A stretch of 64,000 nt of DNA from Eledone cirrhosa (GCA_964016885.1 OZ024746.1:79112001-79176000); one strand, 5' to 3'; shown: positions 1-13,945, numbered from the stretch's first letter. Numbers and translations are program-made. Notes: a model not told the origin generated them from the sequence alone.

Positions 1-159
1 TATACTTTGCCACACACACATACATACAAACACCCCTATACATATATGCTTACTTATTGCGTAGGAGAACACGCGCATAGATTCCCTTATAAATTGACAT
101 ACAAACGTAGACAGGTTTAAACATGTGTGCAATACATGTTTATTCCACTTCCCCACAGA

Positions 160-479
160 ATGACACATGGATGCCTTATATTAAACACAAACATACGCAT
201 ACATACTCGCACAAAAAAAAAGGGAGCTACAACGTTGTCAGTCTATCTGCTAGAGATAGCAACCAAAGCTCTCTTAAAACACACACTACAGCGTTTAAAT
301 ATGGATGTAAACATAGATATGACACATGGATGCCTTATATTAAACACAAACATTCGCATACATACTCGCACGAAAAAAAAAAGGGAGCTACAACGTTGTC
401 AGTCTATCTGCTAGAGATAGCAACCAAAGCTCTCTTAAAACACACACTACAGCGTTTAAATATGGATGTAAACATAGAT
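160..479. repeat. Tandem duplication, two ~160-bp copies
   Basis: atgacacatggatgcc...gtaaacatagat occurs at 160-318 and again at 319-479, nearly identical. Confidence 0.9.
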
Positions 480-480
480 A

Positions 481-731
481 CTAAAGTTTGTCTCGAGCCA
501 CGAGGTTCATCAGACCGGTACTTATCCCGGTTTTAGTGTCGTGAAACGACTGATAGCACAAGACTGCCCCCTGGACAGGACGTCAGACCATCGCAGGTTT
601 AAATCACCAGCTATTGCTGGCACTAGTTTTCAGCTGAGTATACTGCAGCAACGTGAAAAGAAATTGATTTGCTTGAGAAAACAGCAGAAACCCAATCCGG
701 GAATCGAACACATGATATCATTATCGTGAGA
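481..731 (-). mobile_element. tRNA-derived SINE, family B (degenerate)
   Basis: Reverse complement has a B-box (gttcgattc) and the tail ccggtctgatgaacc...gctcgagacaaactttag, which is shared with 9907-10176. Confidence 0.65.
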
Positions 732-733
732 TC

Positions 734-1135
734 AGGGCGGTGGATTGGCAGTATCGGTAAAGGGTCGGACGCCATGCTTTGACGCATAGAGTTACGGTCC
801 TTTATGATCTGAGTTCAAATCTCGCCAAGGTTAACTTTGTCTTTCATCCTTACGGGCTCGATAAAATAAAGTACCAGTCACGTACTGGAGTCGATTTAAT
901 CGACTTTCTCCTCCCCTGGCCTTGTGCCTATATAAGAAACTATTGTTGATTGGCAGTATCGGTAGAGGGTCGGACGCCATGCTTTGACGCATAGAGTTAC
1001 GTACGGCCCTTGCCATTCTGAGTTCAAATCCCGCCAAGGTTAACTTTGCCTTTCATCCTTACGGGGTCGATAAAACAAAGTACCAGTAATACACTGATAA
1101 AATTGCTGGCCTTGTGCCAAAAGTAAAAAACAATT
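734..1135 (+). mobile_element. Two tandem copies of tRNA-derived SINE family A
   Basis: Each copy has an A-box-like tggcagtatcgg, a B-box gagttcaaatc, the core ctttcatccttacgggNtcgataaaa and the tail tggccttgtgcc; copies at ~734-945 and ~949-1135. Confidence 0.85.
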
Positions 1136-1411
1136 ATCGTAAGATCAACAGCCTTACCATTAGGCCTTGTGCCTCCACTAAGCGTAGATACACTGTTTGA
1201 ATAAAAGATGGAATAATCATGACTAGCACGTCTTTGATTATAGGTTTGTTTGATTATCATTGACTGCCATTGCCAACACCACTCACAAGATATAGAGACA
1301 CTCCCTTTACCATTGCTACCACTGTGAGTTCGAATCTCGTTGGTGTCAAATTACTCTTCTGCGATCCATCAAATAAGTACGTCCGAATTTCCACGGTCGA
1401 TTGGCCATTCA

Positions 1412-2170
1412 GTACAACCACCACCACCACCACCACCAGCAGCAGCACCACCACCACCACCACATCCACCACCACAGCCGCAAACATCTCCACCTCCACC
1501 TCTACAACAACTACCACCACCACCACCACCACCAAAACCACCACCACCACCAACACCACCACCACCACCACCACCACAACCACCACCAAAACCACCACCA
1601 CCACCAACACCACCACCACCACCACCACCACCACCACCACCACCACCACCACCACCACCACCACAACCACCACCACCACCACCACAACCACAACCACCAC
1701 CACCACCACCACCACAACCACCACCACCACCACCACCACCACCACCACCACCACCACCACAACCACCACCACCACCACCACCACCACCACCACCACCACC
1801 AACACCATTGCAAATACCGTCACCACAACAATTCCCTGCACCCCCCGCCCCTTCCACCAAATCGGGCCCACCTCACTACAAACACCACCATCGAAGCCGC
1901 CACCACCACCACCACCACTGATGCCGCCTCCACCATCACCACCGCTACCACCGCCACCGCCTCCATCGCCGCTGCCGTCACCACCTCCCCTGTCTCTGCC
2001 ACTTCTATTATGTCTATGAAACGCACGTCGGTACATACCTCTCCACGGCAACCATTACCAACACCAACACCAACACCAACAACAACAGTAACACCAGCTC
2101 CTACACCAGCACCAACCCCAACCCCGTCACTCAACCAAATCTTCTCTACCACCACCACCGCCACCACTGC
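1412..2170. repeat. (CAC/ACC)n trinucleotide low-complexity tract
   Basis: Long accaccacc array; source of the poly-T/P/H/V/G/W ORFs. Confidence 0.95.
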
Positions 2171-2227
2171 CATTGCAATCACTGCAATTTATCGTAATAT
2201 TGCTCGTCATATATTTACATATCGATT

Positions 2228-3120
<893 letters not shown>

Positions 3121-3124
<4 letters not shown>

Positions 3125-3286
3125 AACGAGTAGGACCCCGACGGCTGAGCTCAAGCCGTTTCGACGGCTTGAGCTCAACCGTCGGGGTCCTACTCGTTCC
3201 TATTACCCACTCTACTACCCTAAGTATTGAGTACTTTGGTGCGTTATTATGGTCCACCTGGTTCCTTACCACATTTCCTTCGTTAT
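3121..3286. mobile_element. TA-flanked hairpin element, copy 1
   Basis: 39-bp inverted arms (3121-3159 / 3164-3202) around a TTCG loop, plus an ~85-bp tail shared with copies at 14714, 21717 and 60105. Confidence 0.85.
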
Positions 3287-3858
3287 TTATATATATACTA
3301 GCAGAAGTACCCGGCGTTGCCCGGGTGTAAGTCGACCTTTGGTCTGTTAGAATGTGTGAAAGTTACTTGCCGCGCATCACAGGTTCAAAACTTCGAACTT
3401 CAATGAAAAAAAATAGGTTAGTAGACACAGGTGTGTAATTTATTAATTGTAGTTACACAGTGTATCGTTGAAATTGTTCTCTGCACGACTGACGGAAGTC
3501 AAAATCGCTTGATATTGAATGTTCAGTTAATTTAAAGCAGGGTGAAAATGTCGATTACTTTCAGGGTTCTTATTTTTTTTACAATTTTTGCGCTCACATG
3601 TGCAGATGAAGAATTAAAAGGGCCTTAATCTTAACCGCGGCATAATGGCGAGTCTTTTGTGACAGTTTTCAAGAATATAGGACGTTCCTGTAAAAAGTTT
3701 TCCCATGTGTAACTTTGCCTTGTTTTTTTGCGCAAAGTCGAGCCCCGCTTCAGTTTTATTGATTTTTTACATCAATGCGTGATCTCTGAAGTAGATTTGA
3801 GTAGCTAAAAACCTGTCCCGGTAAATTTGCTATAGGTGAAAAAAAGTTGATCAAAATT

Positions 3859-4347
3859 CTATCTAGGGTTATTGCCCTTTGCCTCAGCCTCAAGCCTCGT
3901 CTGACGGGATGCTGGTGATTCCTCCGTCAGCGCTTGTTGGCGACGAAGGCGAACATCAGCAAGCCTTGTCGTACGTGATGTTGGTGACTCAACCAGCCGG
4001 GAAAGACGTCTATCAGCGAGTCGAGATTCGCGCTCAGCAGGTGTTTCCTAGAGAAAATTAATTAATTCTACTGGTTAGCTAAGCCAATGGCAGTGTCAAT
4101 AGTAAATGAGAAAAGTCTAACATGAACAAAAGCGAATTAAGGTAAGACAATAAATTTAATATAACTACGATTAGAATGTTGTTGCTTAAAAGTGGTGACA
4201 GTTAGGATAAACGCAGTACTTGCTAACATTAAGGGAGAATATTGCATAAAGGATTAATCAATTGTGAATGAACTCATACCTGAGAACGCCTAATTCGTTG
4301 TCTCAAAGCAGTAGCTGTACCTTTTTTGAACGTTTCCATGTGGGCAT
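3859..4347 (-). pseudogene. Two-exon relic of a Helitron RepHel N-terminus with STPR-like repeats
   Basis: Exon 1 4347-4280 (MPTWKRSKK-GTATALRQRIRRSQ, needs +1 A in an A6 run); GT..AG intron 4279-4048; exon 2 4047-3859 ETPAERESRL...ESPTSRTTRL...ESPASRQTRL. Confidence 0.6.
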
Positions 4348-4469
4348 AACGACGTGTAACGAAGCTGTTAGGTTAGAGAGAGGTGATTAAATACAGAGAG
4401 AGATGACACCAGATTCGTTAGCATGGTTACTGGTGAATGGGAAGGTTTGGAAATATGATTACAATAACT

Positions 4470-4728
4470 TACCGAATTTTCCGGTCTATAAATTGCACTT
4501 AAAATAATTAAATTTAATCAAAAAACAGCTCTGCGCTTTATACTCCGGTGAGCCTTATGTATTAATAATACAATGGTAATAAATCACGGCTCTAACAGAA
4601 GTAATAGATCTAGACTAAAAGTAAAGAAGATAGCATTTTCCTGGTTGGCCTTACACGCCGTTGCGCGGACCTGATTTTAAATGATACGCCTTATATCCTG
4701 GTGAGCCTTATAGAGCGAAAAATATCTA
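4470..4728. mobile_element. Tigger/pogo-like MITE nested in the Helitron
   Basis: Imperfect TIRs taccgaattttccggtctataa / ttatagagcgaaaaata, with the repeated subterminal motif cttataNtccggtgagccttat. Confidence 0.55.
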
Positions 4729-6890
4729 TTGGAAAAGAATACGAATTCATGACCAAGGTGTGACAAAATAGGCGTCTATACAGCGCCTGAAACAAACTTG
4801 TTCAAAACCCTAGGATTTTTCTCGTTAAGTATCCACCCAAAAGGAACCGTTTTTTAGTTACAAAAAATAACCAAAGTGTATAGTAGCTATATTTCTGACA
4901 TATCATGCCAAAAAGAACAATATATTCAAAAAGTTCTAAAGTACATTCAATCTCTCTTTTTGACCGATATCTTAATAAGCAAGTTATCGATTTTTTATTG
5001 GCTGTCAGTGTCTATCTGCATGCAGGTGTGCACGTGTGCGCAATTAATTGCAAATACGCTCATAACATTTAGTCGTAAGCAGAACAAAAAATGCCATTAG
5101 AGGTGAGCTAATAATGAAGACACAAACCCTGGTGAACTTACGTTTAAACACCCGAAAAGTTACTCACTTCCTGTGCAAAAGACTGTATTATAAATTAAGT
5201 AATTTTTTAGAATCTTTTGTTTAAAAAAGGAAAACATTGGTACGACGTAACATTTTTTACAACTTTGTATGTGTACAATACAACTTGGTCAACGTATTAT
5301 TTATTAATTTTTTTTTCAAAAAGCATGATTATTTAAGACTGTTTGAAAATTTATTCACAGCTTTTAGCATCACAAAAGACACCATTAAATTTGGTTCCCT
5401 TTTCAGATAGGGATAATACTGTATTTCCACTTGAATAAGGTGGAATATGAAAAGATAATCTCTTTAATGGTCGGTCGTTTACTGAGACAGCTGGGAAGAC
5501 ATGCAGCTGGCCGTCCAATCAATAACGCACGTCCTTATATGGGCATATGAAATTTATTTTTATTGCGCCAGATGTAAACTAAGAGTTCTTGTGTTCGAAT
5601 TCACATGAAATATCATTGGAATCGAAAAACATTCTGTCATAGGGCCCGATTATCGATTTTTCGAAAATTTCAAGTAGCCTATTCCACTCTACGCGTTGAG
5701 TTTTATATATGTGTGAGGTTTCATGAAAATTGGATGAACGGTGTAGCATGCAAGTTCGGTAAACCAAACAATATCCATCTTCCCTTTATATATATAGATA
5801 TATAGTAATAATAATAAATTTGAAGACTAAAATCCAAAGAAGTCTCGATAAGGACAAATATATATCCAATATATAAGAACCCTAGAGCAAATATTTATTA
5901 AAATAGCGGATTAAAGTTTAAGCAAAGAATCGCTGCTTTCACCCTTAACGGGATCTTCTGAAACTAAAAACACCAATCTGTGAACGCAGAAGTAAATATT
6001 TCGAAAAACGTTGCAACCGAAGGAAAAGAGGAAGACGATACTTTGGGTCGTGGAGACGTTCCCTGGCAAAGAACGAAAAAAAAGCGAAGATAATACGTCA
6101 TTATGTGGAGCGCGGAGAACAATTACACACAAAGACAAAACCACGTATATGGTATAAATGAAGTCGTAGACTGTTTAGGAAACCGAATGATTCTCGACTT
6201 CAGAGTTAAGAATAATGTAAATAAATTAGTAGAACGAAATATACTTTCTTATAGACACCAACGTAAATATTATTTTCTGTTGTACAAGCCGGTTAATCAA
6301 TGTAGTCCTCTCAAGTTAAAACGTTGCGAAACTTCATCCGGTATGAGAGCCGATGAGTTGACATGATATTTGTGTAACCTCGTCCAATTTCTTCCTTTGC
6401 TCACACACATATGAGATCTCTATCTAGCCCGGTTAGGTTTTGTAATCATTTTAGAACGCTATGTAGTATTGACGTAAATATTTAGTCGAAACAGAGTGTT
6501 ATCCGTTTCTGTAAACTGATAATATTGCTGAGTATCCAAAAACTTCAGGTGATGATAAACAAGGAAAAATATGAAAACCAGGTGAGGTAGTTAATTAATC
6601 CTTTGTTTTACAATCATTTAAGACAGCAAAAGTATCAGTGTCCAAAGGTATCATTGTGTAAAGGTATCAATGTGAAAATGTGTCTATGTGCAGACTAATC
6701 TATGGTAGTTATATAACTCTAAAACTATCAGCATCGAAAAAGTACATCTATTTTGGGGTTTGACACCGAAATCGAGATTTATGGTATAGAGTTACAGAAT
6801 TACGATTGATTAGTAGGCACATCATCGATACTTTTGCACTCTGAAATGATCGTAAAACATTGTCTTTTATATTCATTTATAATTTATGCC

Positions 6891-7005
<115 letters not shown>

Positions 7006-7148
7006 TATATATATACATATATATATACATATATACATATATATATACATATATATATACATACACATATTTATATACATACACATAGATATTTGCTAGC
7101 ATCGATATGCATTTGTATGTATATATATGTTACTAGATATAAATTCTT

Positions 7149-7224
<76 letters not shown>

Positions 7225-7227
7225 AAC

Positions 7228-7808
7228 TATATATGTATACGTACATACATATATGTATACAGACGTACAGTAGTATGTATATATATACACACTTGCACAC
7301 ATATATATATATGTACGTATGGGTTTACCGAACATTTATTATAATGTTCGGTTTGTTTGTTTGTAAACAAACAAACAGCCCGAATTACGCCCGGCCGACT
7401 AACTCACTCGATATGCAAATCAGGCTGCTCAGCCGTTAATATGCATAAGGAAAGTATATACTTTCAGACATTCAATCATCTGGCAGGAAGGTACATGATG
7501 CTGACCATAGCTAATGAGCCTGAAACTAGTACATCGTTCCTGTGTCAGTGTTGAACAAAAAGGCGACGATGGTTGCCTGAACACTGTACGGCGTAATTCG
7601 GGCTGTTTGTTTACAAACAAACCGAACATTATAATAAATGTTCGGTAAACCTATACGTACATATATATATGTGTGCATGTATGTATATATATATATATAC
7701 ATACCACTGTACCTCTGTATACATATATGTATGTACGTATACATACATATATTTAAGTAAGTGCCGTTCTAAGAGTGAAAAATGAAATTTCGTTTCATTC
7801 TATTCCAT
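7228..7808. mobile_element. Foldback/MITE-like element with ~160-bp inverted arms, copy 1
   Basis: Arms ~7228-7391 and ~7590-7751 are reverse complements; the core is shared in opposite orientation with 60582-61090; flanked by TA arrays. Confidence 0.75.
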
Positions 7809-8149
7809 ATATATATATATTAATATGTATATATATATATATATGTATATATATATGTATATATATGTATTAATGTTTATATTTTTGTAGGGTATGCTGT
7901 TATATAAACTATAGGAAAAATGCATTCTAGAGACCACAACCACAATGAAAGTTAAATGAGTCTACTAATTATTATCATTATGGAATCAGTATATTTTACG
8001 TCGATGGTGAACTCGTGGCGTTGGGGGTTATAGTTGGAACTCTATGGTTTCAAGATATATCTGTACTTGTTCTGAACCTATTGACGGTGTTGTTACTGGA
8101 AATAAGGATGGTGTTGTAGTCGAAGCTGTGTATTGGTTGTAATGGTTAG

Positions 8150-9050
8150 CGGTTGGAGTGGTCGTAGTGGTGTTGAAATTGCGGTGGTGGTCCTGGTTGG
8201 AATGAGTTTGGCAATGGTGATGTTGGAAGTGAATATGATGGCTGTGGTGATTGTAGTAATAGCGGTGTTGGAAGGGATTCTGTGACTTTAGTGTGATAGT
8301 GTTTGTGGTGGTGATAGTGGTGGTGGTGGTGGTGGTGGCGATAGTGGTGATGCTAACAGTGATGAGATTGGAAGTGATTCTGTTGGTTATGTTGGTGGCG
8401 GTGGTGGTGATGGTGGTGGTGGTGGTGGTGGTGGTGGTGGCGATAGTGGTGATGCTAACAGTGATGAGATTGGAAGTGATTCTGTTGGTTATGTTGGTGG
8501 CGGTGGTGGTGATGGTGGTGGTGGTGGTGGTGGTGGTGGAAGTGATGGTGTTGGTATTGATGATGCTGGTAGAGAACCTTATGACTGGGGTGATTGTGGG
8601 AATGGTAGTGGTGTTAATGTTGATAGGGTTTGAAGTGACTCTGCTACCTGTCATGGCGGATGTGATGGTTGTGATGGTTGTGGGGGCGGTTGTGGTGGTG
8701 TTGTTATAGTTGTTGGTTTCTGGTGGTGTTATTGTTGGTTGTGGTGCTACTGGTATTGGCGGTGCTGTTGTTGTTGGTGGTTGCGGTGGTGGTTGCGGTG
8801 TTGGTGGTAGCAGTGATTGTGGAGGTGGTTGTGGTTGTAGTGGTGGTGGTAGTGGTGGTAGTGGTGGTAGCTGCGATTGTGGTTGTGGTTGTGGTTGTGG
8901 TTGTGGTTGTGTTTGTGGCGGTGGTGGTGTTCGCGGTGGTGGTAGTAGTGGCGGCAGTGGTGGTTGTGATGGTAGTAATGGTGGTGGTGATTGCGGTGCT
9001 GGTGGTATTGGCTGTAGTGGTGGTGTTTGCGTGGTTGTGTCAGTGGTAAC
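8150..9050. repeat. (GTG/GTT)-rich low-complexity tract containing a ~100-bp direct duplication
   Basis: gcgatagtggtgatgctaacagtgatgagattggaagtg occurs at ~8338 and ~8440. Confidence 0.85.
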
Positions 9051-9304
9051 GTCGCTGTTGATTATGATGTTTTCTTTCTGACGTTCAATTTACATACATT
9101 AATGAAATTACCATAATTGTGAGGAATAGCAACTGGTCAAGTCATTAGTGTCGAAGGTTCATACAGCATCGCCATACTTTAGAGTATCCTTACTATTCTT
9201 TTGCTCAGTCCACTTAGCTGCAAATAGATACCACATATAGATAAACGTATATCAATAGTTTTGAGTATCTGGGACATTATATCATTAACAAATGTTTCAA
9301 TGCG

Positions 9305-9520
9305 TGGGATTGATAGAATCGTTAGGGCGTCGGGCAAATTGCTTCTTTTACAGCATTTAGTTACAACTCTGAGTTCAAATCCTGCTGAGATCAACTTTTA
9401 CATTTCATCCTCCCAGAGTTGATATTTAATATAATATAGTGCCAGTTACATAGTGCTGTCAATTCAATCATCCTTCCACTCCCCTTAAAATTACTGGCTT
9501 TGTGTCTAAATTAAAACCAT
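9305..9520 (+). mobile_element. Degenerate SINE family A copy
   Basis: ctgagttcaaatcc B-box, tttcatcct core, aaattactggctttgtgtc tail. Confidence 0.55.
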
Positions 9521-9906
9521 GATTAACGAATATTCCGCTATAACATCATGTTAAGCAAGCAACAGATTACTCGTCTCAGAGTACTCCGTCCTTGACTGTC
9601 TGACATTAATAGAAAGACAGATGGTGAATTGGAAGAGTCATCAGAGCGTCGGGTAGTATGCCTTGTGGTATTTGTTTCAGTTCGTTGTAGTTTGTGCTCA
9701 AATTTGTTTTCGTTACCATGTTTTTTTGTTATCATTTGTTTTTGTTTAGTCGCGGCTAAACGTTGTTGATCATTCTTTCAAGGTCGATAAATAAAGTACC
9801 AATCAAGTACTCGACTAGATTACGGAATTGGCAACGTGAAGGTACCAAGAAAGAAGCGTACATATCACAGCCACATAAATCGTTGCAACACCACTTTGTG
9901 ATTAGG

Positions 9907-10176
9907 ACAAGCGTGATCCAGTGGTAAGGGTGTTGACTTACGATCATAATGGCATACGTTCGATTCTTGAATTTAGTTGTGTGCTGTTTACTTGAACAAA
10001 AACAATTTATTCACGTTACGCCAATATACTCAGCTGAAATATACGTACCAGCAATGGCTGAGGCGTTTAAACTTGCGATGGCCTGGAGTCCTGTCCTATA
10101 CTCTCAGTCGCCCCACACCACGGAAACCGAAGTAGGTACCGGTCTGATGAGCTTCCGGGCTCGAGACAGACTTTAG
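9907..10176 (+). mobile_element. tRNA-derived SINE family B
   Basis: tRNA-like head (cagtggtaagggtg ... gttcgattc) and tail gtaccggtctgatgagc...gctcgagacagactttag. Confidence 0.6.
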
Positions 10177-10430
10177 GCTTTTTTTTTTTGTCACATATGT
10201 CACGCTGATTCGACTTGGGAATTACATTAAGGTTACACAGGTGTATGGAATTCTCAACAACTTGTTGGACGTTTATGTGAACTAGAACTGAATGTCCATC
10301 TTCAAAACCAATAGAAAATCCATTATCTTATTGCAGTTATTACTATTTGTTAAACCTACTACAACATTCAAATCTGGTGACTCCATAAACTCTGTCATTG
10401 AACACTCACCTAATTGTCTGCGTTAGTTAG

Positions 10431-10830
10431 TTAAGTTAGAGTCTGTTCTAAGTCATCAGGCTGGTGCTTATCCTCAGTTAGAGTCTGTTCTAAGTCATCA
10501 GGCTGGTGCTTATCCTCAGTTAGAGTCTGTTCTAAGTCATCAGGCTGGTGCTTATCCTCAGTTAGAGTCTGATCTAAGTCATCAGGCTGGTGCTTATCCT
10601 CAGTTTCCTTGACGTTTAGCGACTGAGAGTACAACACTCTCCCTGGACAAGATACCGGTCTATCGTAGGTTTAATATCCCAGCTACTGTTGGTATTCATC
10701 TCTGCTGAGTGTACTGAAGCAGCGTGACATAAAGAGTTTTGCTCAAGCCCGCAACACACAACCCGGTCCAGGAATCAAACCGATGATATTACGATCATAG
10801 GTCATGCATCTTAACCATTAGGCCATGCAA
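10431..10830 (-). mobile_element. SINE family B with its 3' tail amplified as 4 x 42-bp tandem units
   Basis: gttagagtctgttctaagtcatcaggctggtgcttatcctca x4 (10435-10602), followed by the SINE body and tRNA head on the minus strand. Confidence 0.7.
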
Positions 10831-10944
10831 CTTCATTATCACTATTGAGCATATTATTTCTGTTTAAAAGATATTAGTAAACACAATAATACTTTAGCTT
10901 CTTCTCAGTGACAAGTTTTATTTCAGATTATTTTCATATAAATT

Positions 10945-11352
10945 GAGGGCGGTGAACTGGCAGAATCGGTAGAGAGTCGGACACCATGCTTTGCAGCATA
11001 GAGTTACGGTCCTTTACGGTCTGAGTTCAAATCCCACCGAAGTTAACTTTGCCTTTCATACTTACGTTGTCGATAAAATAAAGTACCAGTAATGCACTGG
11101 AGTCGATTTAGTTGACTTTCCCCTCCTCCCAAATTAATGACCTGGTCAGCTATACTAGAAACCATTATTGATTGGCAGTATCGGTAGAGGGTCGGACGCC
11201 ATGCTTTCCAGCATAGTTACGTCCCTTTACGATCTGAGTTCAAATCCCGCCGAGGTTGACTTTGCCTTTCATCCTTACGGGGTCGATAAAATAAAGTACC
11301 AGTAATGCACTGGGTAATTGCTGGCCTTGTGCCTAAAGTAGAAACAATTATT
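10945..11352 (+). mobile_element. Two tandem SINE family A copies
   Basis: Same A-box, B-box and core as 734-1135; copies at ~10945-11168 and ~11170-11352. Confidence 0.85.
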
Positions 11353-11424
11353 TTCATATAAATTACAAGGGATTATATGTTGTGTGAAACCGTATTTGGT
11401 AAAACACTTATATACTGGAGCCAC

Positions 11425-11975
11425 CTCAGGTTCGATGACGAACGTTCCAGTTGATTCGATCACAGAACTCCTAACACATTTTTACATTCTTATACATGCA
11501 TACAGAGACACACCACCACAGACATATACACACATGTATGCTGGGTTTGTACCTCCGTCTGTTCCAAAGATGACTGTTCCAGCTGATTCGACCCAGGAAA
11601 CAACATGTTCGAGAAATTAACGTGCAATGAACTCAGATTGTAAAGCACGTACTAGAATGGGCCTCCTTTCGTATCGACGATGAGTGTTTCAGTTGTGCGA
11701 TCAATGGAACAGCTTGTTCATGAAAACGTGTAAGTGGCTCAGCATCCTAAAGAATCGTGTATCCTTCAGCATAGTTCCTAAGGACATTTAACGTGACACA
11801 GTGCATGTCAAGACTGTCCCTTCTAATTACAGGTGCATTTATTTTAGTTTTCACCTGGGTGATTTGGAGCAGCATGAAATAAAGATTCTTGCTGAAGGAT
11901 ACAATGAATCGCCGAGAATGGAAATTTCGTGTTTACGTTCGTGAGCCAAACACCCTAACCACTAAACCAGACACC
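11425..11975 (-). mobile_element. Degenerate tRNA-SINE with a repeated tail module
   Basis: The ttccagttgattcgatc...gaa module recurs at ~11445, ~11578, ~11687 and ~15480; the body ends in the tRNA-head complement ccctaaccactaa. Confidence 0.5.
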
Positions 11976-12540
11976 ATCACAAAACGCTTATATACAACTT
12001 GAATCAATTACGAATCATGCATATCTGAAAAATTCAATTTTTTCCTCCTTTATATCTGTTTAATGATGAAATGCACGCTAGGAAATATGCTATCACGACC
12101 GTAATTAATGAACATTTCATGACCTGCTAATGCTTAATGACAATTCAACATACTAACATACATACATACATACATAGATACATACATACATACATACATA
12201 CATACATACATACATACATACATACATACATACATACATACACACATACATTCATGCATACATACATACACACACAGGGAAAATATGTTATAAAAAAGAA
12301 ACAAAAGCATATCAATATAAATAAATAGATATAAATAAATGTTAAAAAAACATCAAGAACGGTCGCCAGCGGCGATTTGTTAATTATTTTCATTTGTTGA
12401 AAATGTTGTAGATTTAGATTTGACATCAACATAACCGTATAACAATCAATACATTAAAGAAGTCCACCATACCTTTTTATTTCTCAGCTTGATATTCAGC
12501 TTGAGTGAAAACTAGCTTGAATGTCATTAGAGCGAGATAG

Positions 12541-12614
<74 letters not shown>

Positions 12615-12699
12615 TTGAAAATTGCAAACTTGATTGTCACCACTGAATAGGAACCTGAAGATTGCAAAAGCATGAAAGTTCTTGTTCAATTGACATTTA

Positions 12700-13462
12700 A
12701 CATTTAATATTCTACCATACTATTTCATTATAATATCATTATAATTTTAAAGGATTGTAAATAAAACGAGTAAATCAGACAAAGTTAGAATTCCTTTTAT
12801 TAATATATATACATCAAATACCATCAAATTTTAAATAGATCAAATTTTCCTACTCCACTACCAAAAATATACAACAAAATATAAGTGCGTACAACGCATA
12901 TAAATGTAAAAAAAACACGAATGTACCACCAACACATCCAACCAACCATAATACTAAAATAAACCGCAACAAACCACCATCTCCTTCACATATAACAAGT
13001 CGAGTAAATTCCACACCAAATTTGACTAACTCCCCTGATATAATATTCACGAATGGTTGTAACTGTAGAAACAAAAGAAATTGCCCATTAATAACATAGT
13101 CTATAAATGTAAAATTAGCACTAAGGACTCCACTTATTCATATATAGGAGCTACGTCTAACTAATTTAAAGTAAGATTTAATACCCACAAACAGTTTTTA
13201 ACATGCCGCATTAGCTAATACAACATCCTTGGCTGAAACAATTAATAATTATAGAAAAAAGAATATCGATTACAACCTGACCTGGAGTGTGCTCAAAAGG
13301 GTCACCCCTTATCAAAATAACAGATATGAGTGTAGGTTATGCTACCAGGAACTTTTTGAAATAATGAAATCTAAGGATATCCTTTTAAATAAGCGACAAG
13401 ATTTAATTATATCTTGCAATCATAGAATTAGAAAAACCTTTAAATATTATAAACCTAATTAA
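12700..13462 (+). pseudogene. Penelope-like element remnant: linker and GIY-YIG endonuclease
   Basis: Frameshifted peptides IKFSYSTTKNIQQNISAYN, GCNCRNKRNCPL, IVYKCKI...YSYIGATSN*FKVRFNTHK and LTWSVLK...CRLCYQE...LLNKRQDLIISCNH. Confidence 0.85.
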
Positions 13463-13594
13463 TATACACCTTACACTTATATTTTACATATTATTATAAT
13501 TAGTTTTTTTAATTTAGTTAACCTATAATTAGTATTTTACTACAGAGAACTTCATAATTTTATTTCCCTCTTACAGCTCTCTTTTCCTAAAATT

Positions 13595-13945
13595 AATACC
13601 TAAAAGTATACATATAAATTAATTTAATTTCCTGTTATGAATCTAGATTCCTTGTAGTTTATATAAGATTAGTATTTCTCACTACTACCCTTATCCCAAA
13701 ATTTTATTTTCCTTCATTTTTAACAACATTCTTTAATAACATCTAATTATTATTTATCACATCCATATGAATTAATATAAATTTATCCCTATAAGTATAC
13801 TTATCAATTAATTTAATTTCTTGTTATAGATCTAGATTCCTTGTGGTTTAAATAAGATTGGTATTTCTCACTAATACCCTTACCCTAAAATTTTACCCTT
13901 CTTCGTTTTTAACATTATTCTTTAATAACATCAAATTTTCGTGTA
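13595..13945. repeat. ~190-bp-period tandem duplication in the Penelope 3' region
   Basis: aattaatttaatttc...tctagattccttgt...tatttctcacta...ttctttaataacatc occurs twice. Confidence 0.75.

Larger units (their letters stand above)
3298..5798 (-). mobile_element. Non-autonomous Helitron (deletion derivative)
   Basis: Minus strand starts A|TCTATATATATAAA (5798) and ends CTAG|T (3298), with the subterminal GC hairpin acccgg-cgttgc-ccgggt (3309-3326); A|T target and no TSD. Confidence 0.85.

Noticed and set aside
734-830. tRNA genes at A/B-box motifs
   Set aside because: Boxes belong to multicopy SINE heads; no complete cloverleaf recognised
5900-6600. Unique sequence with a possible micro-exon (ttcag|...|gtgag at ~6549-6581)
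   Set aside because: Weak pyrimidine tract and no recognisable product
8028-9081. Thr-, Val- or Gly/Cys-rich ORFs
   Set aside because: Translations of a (GTG/GTT) low-complexity tract
10145-10172. Hammerhead at ctgatgagcttccgggctcgagac
   Set aside because: GAGAC instead of GAAA and no stem I/III; it is the SINE family B tail
10435-10602. CRISPR-like appearance of the 42-bp, 34-bp (23130-23267) and 18-bp (47258-47980) repeats
   Set aside because: Head-to-tail units without unique spacers, no cas genes, eukaryotic context
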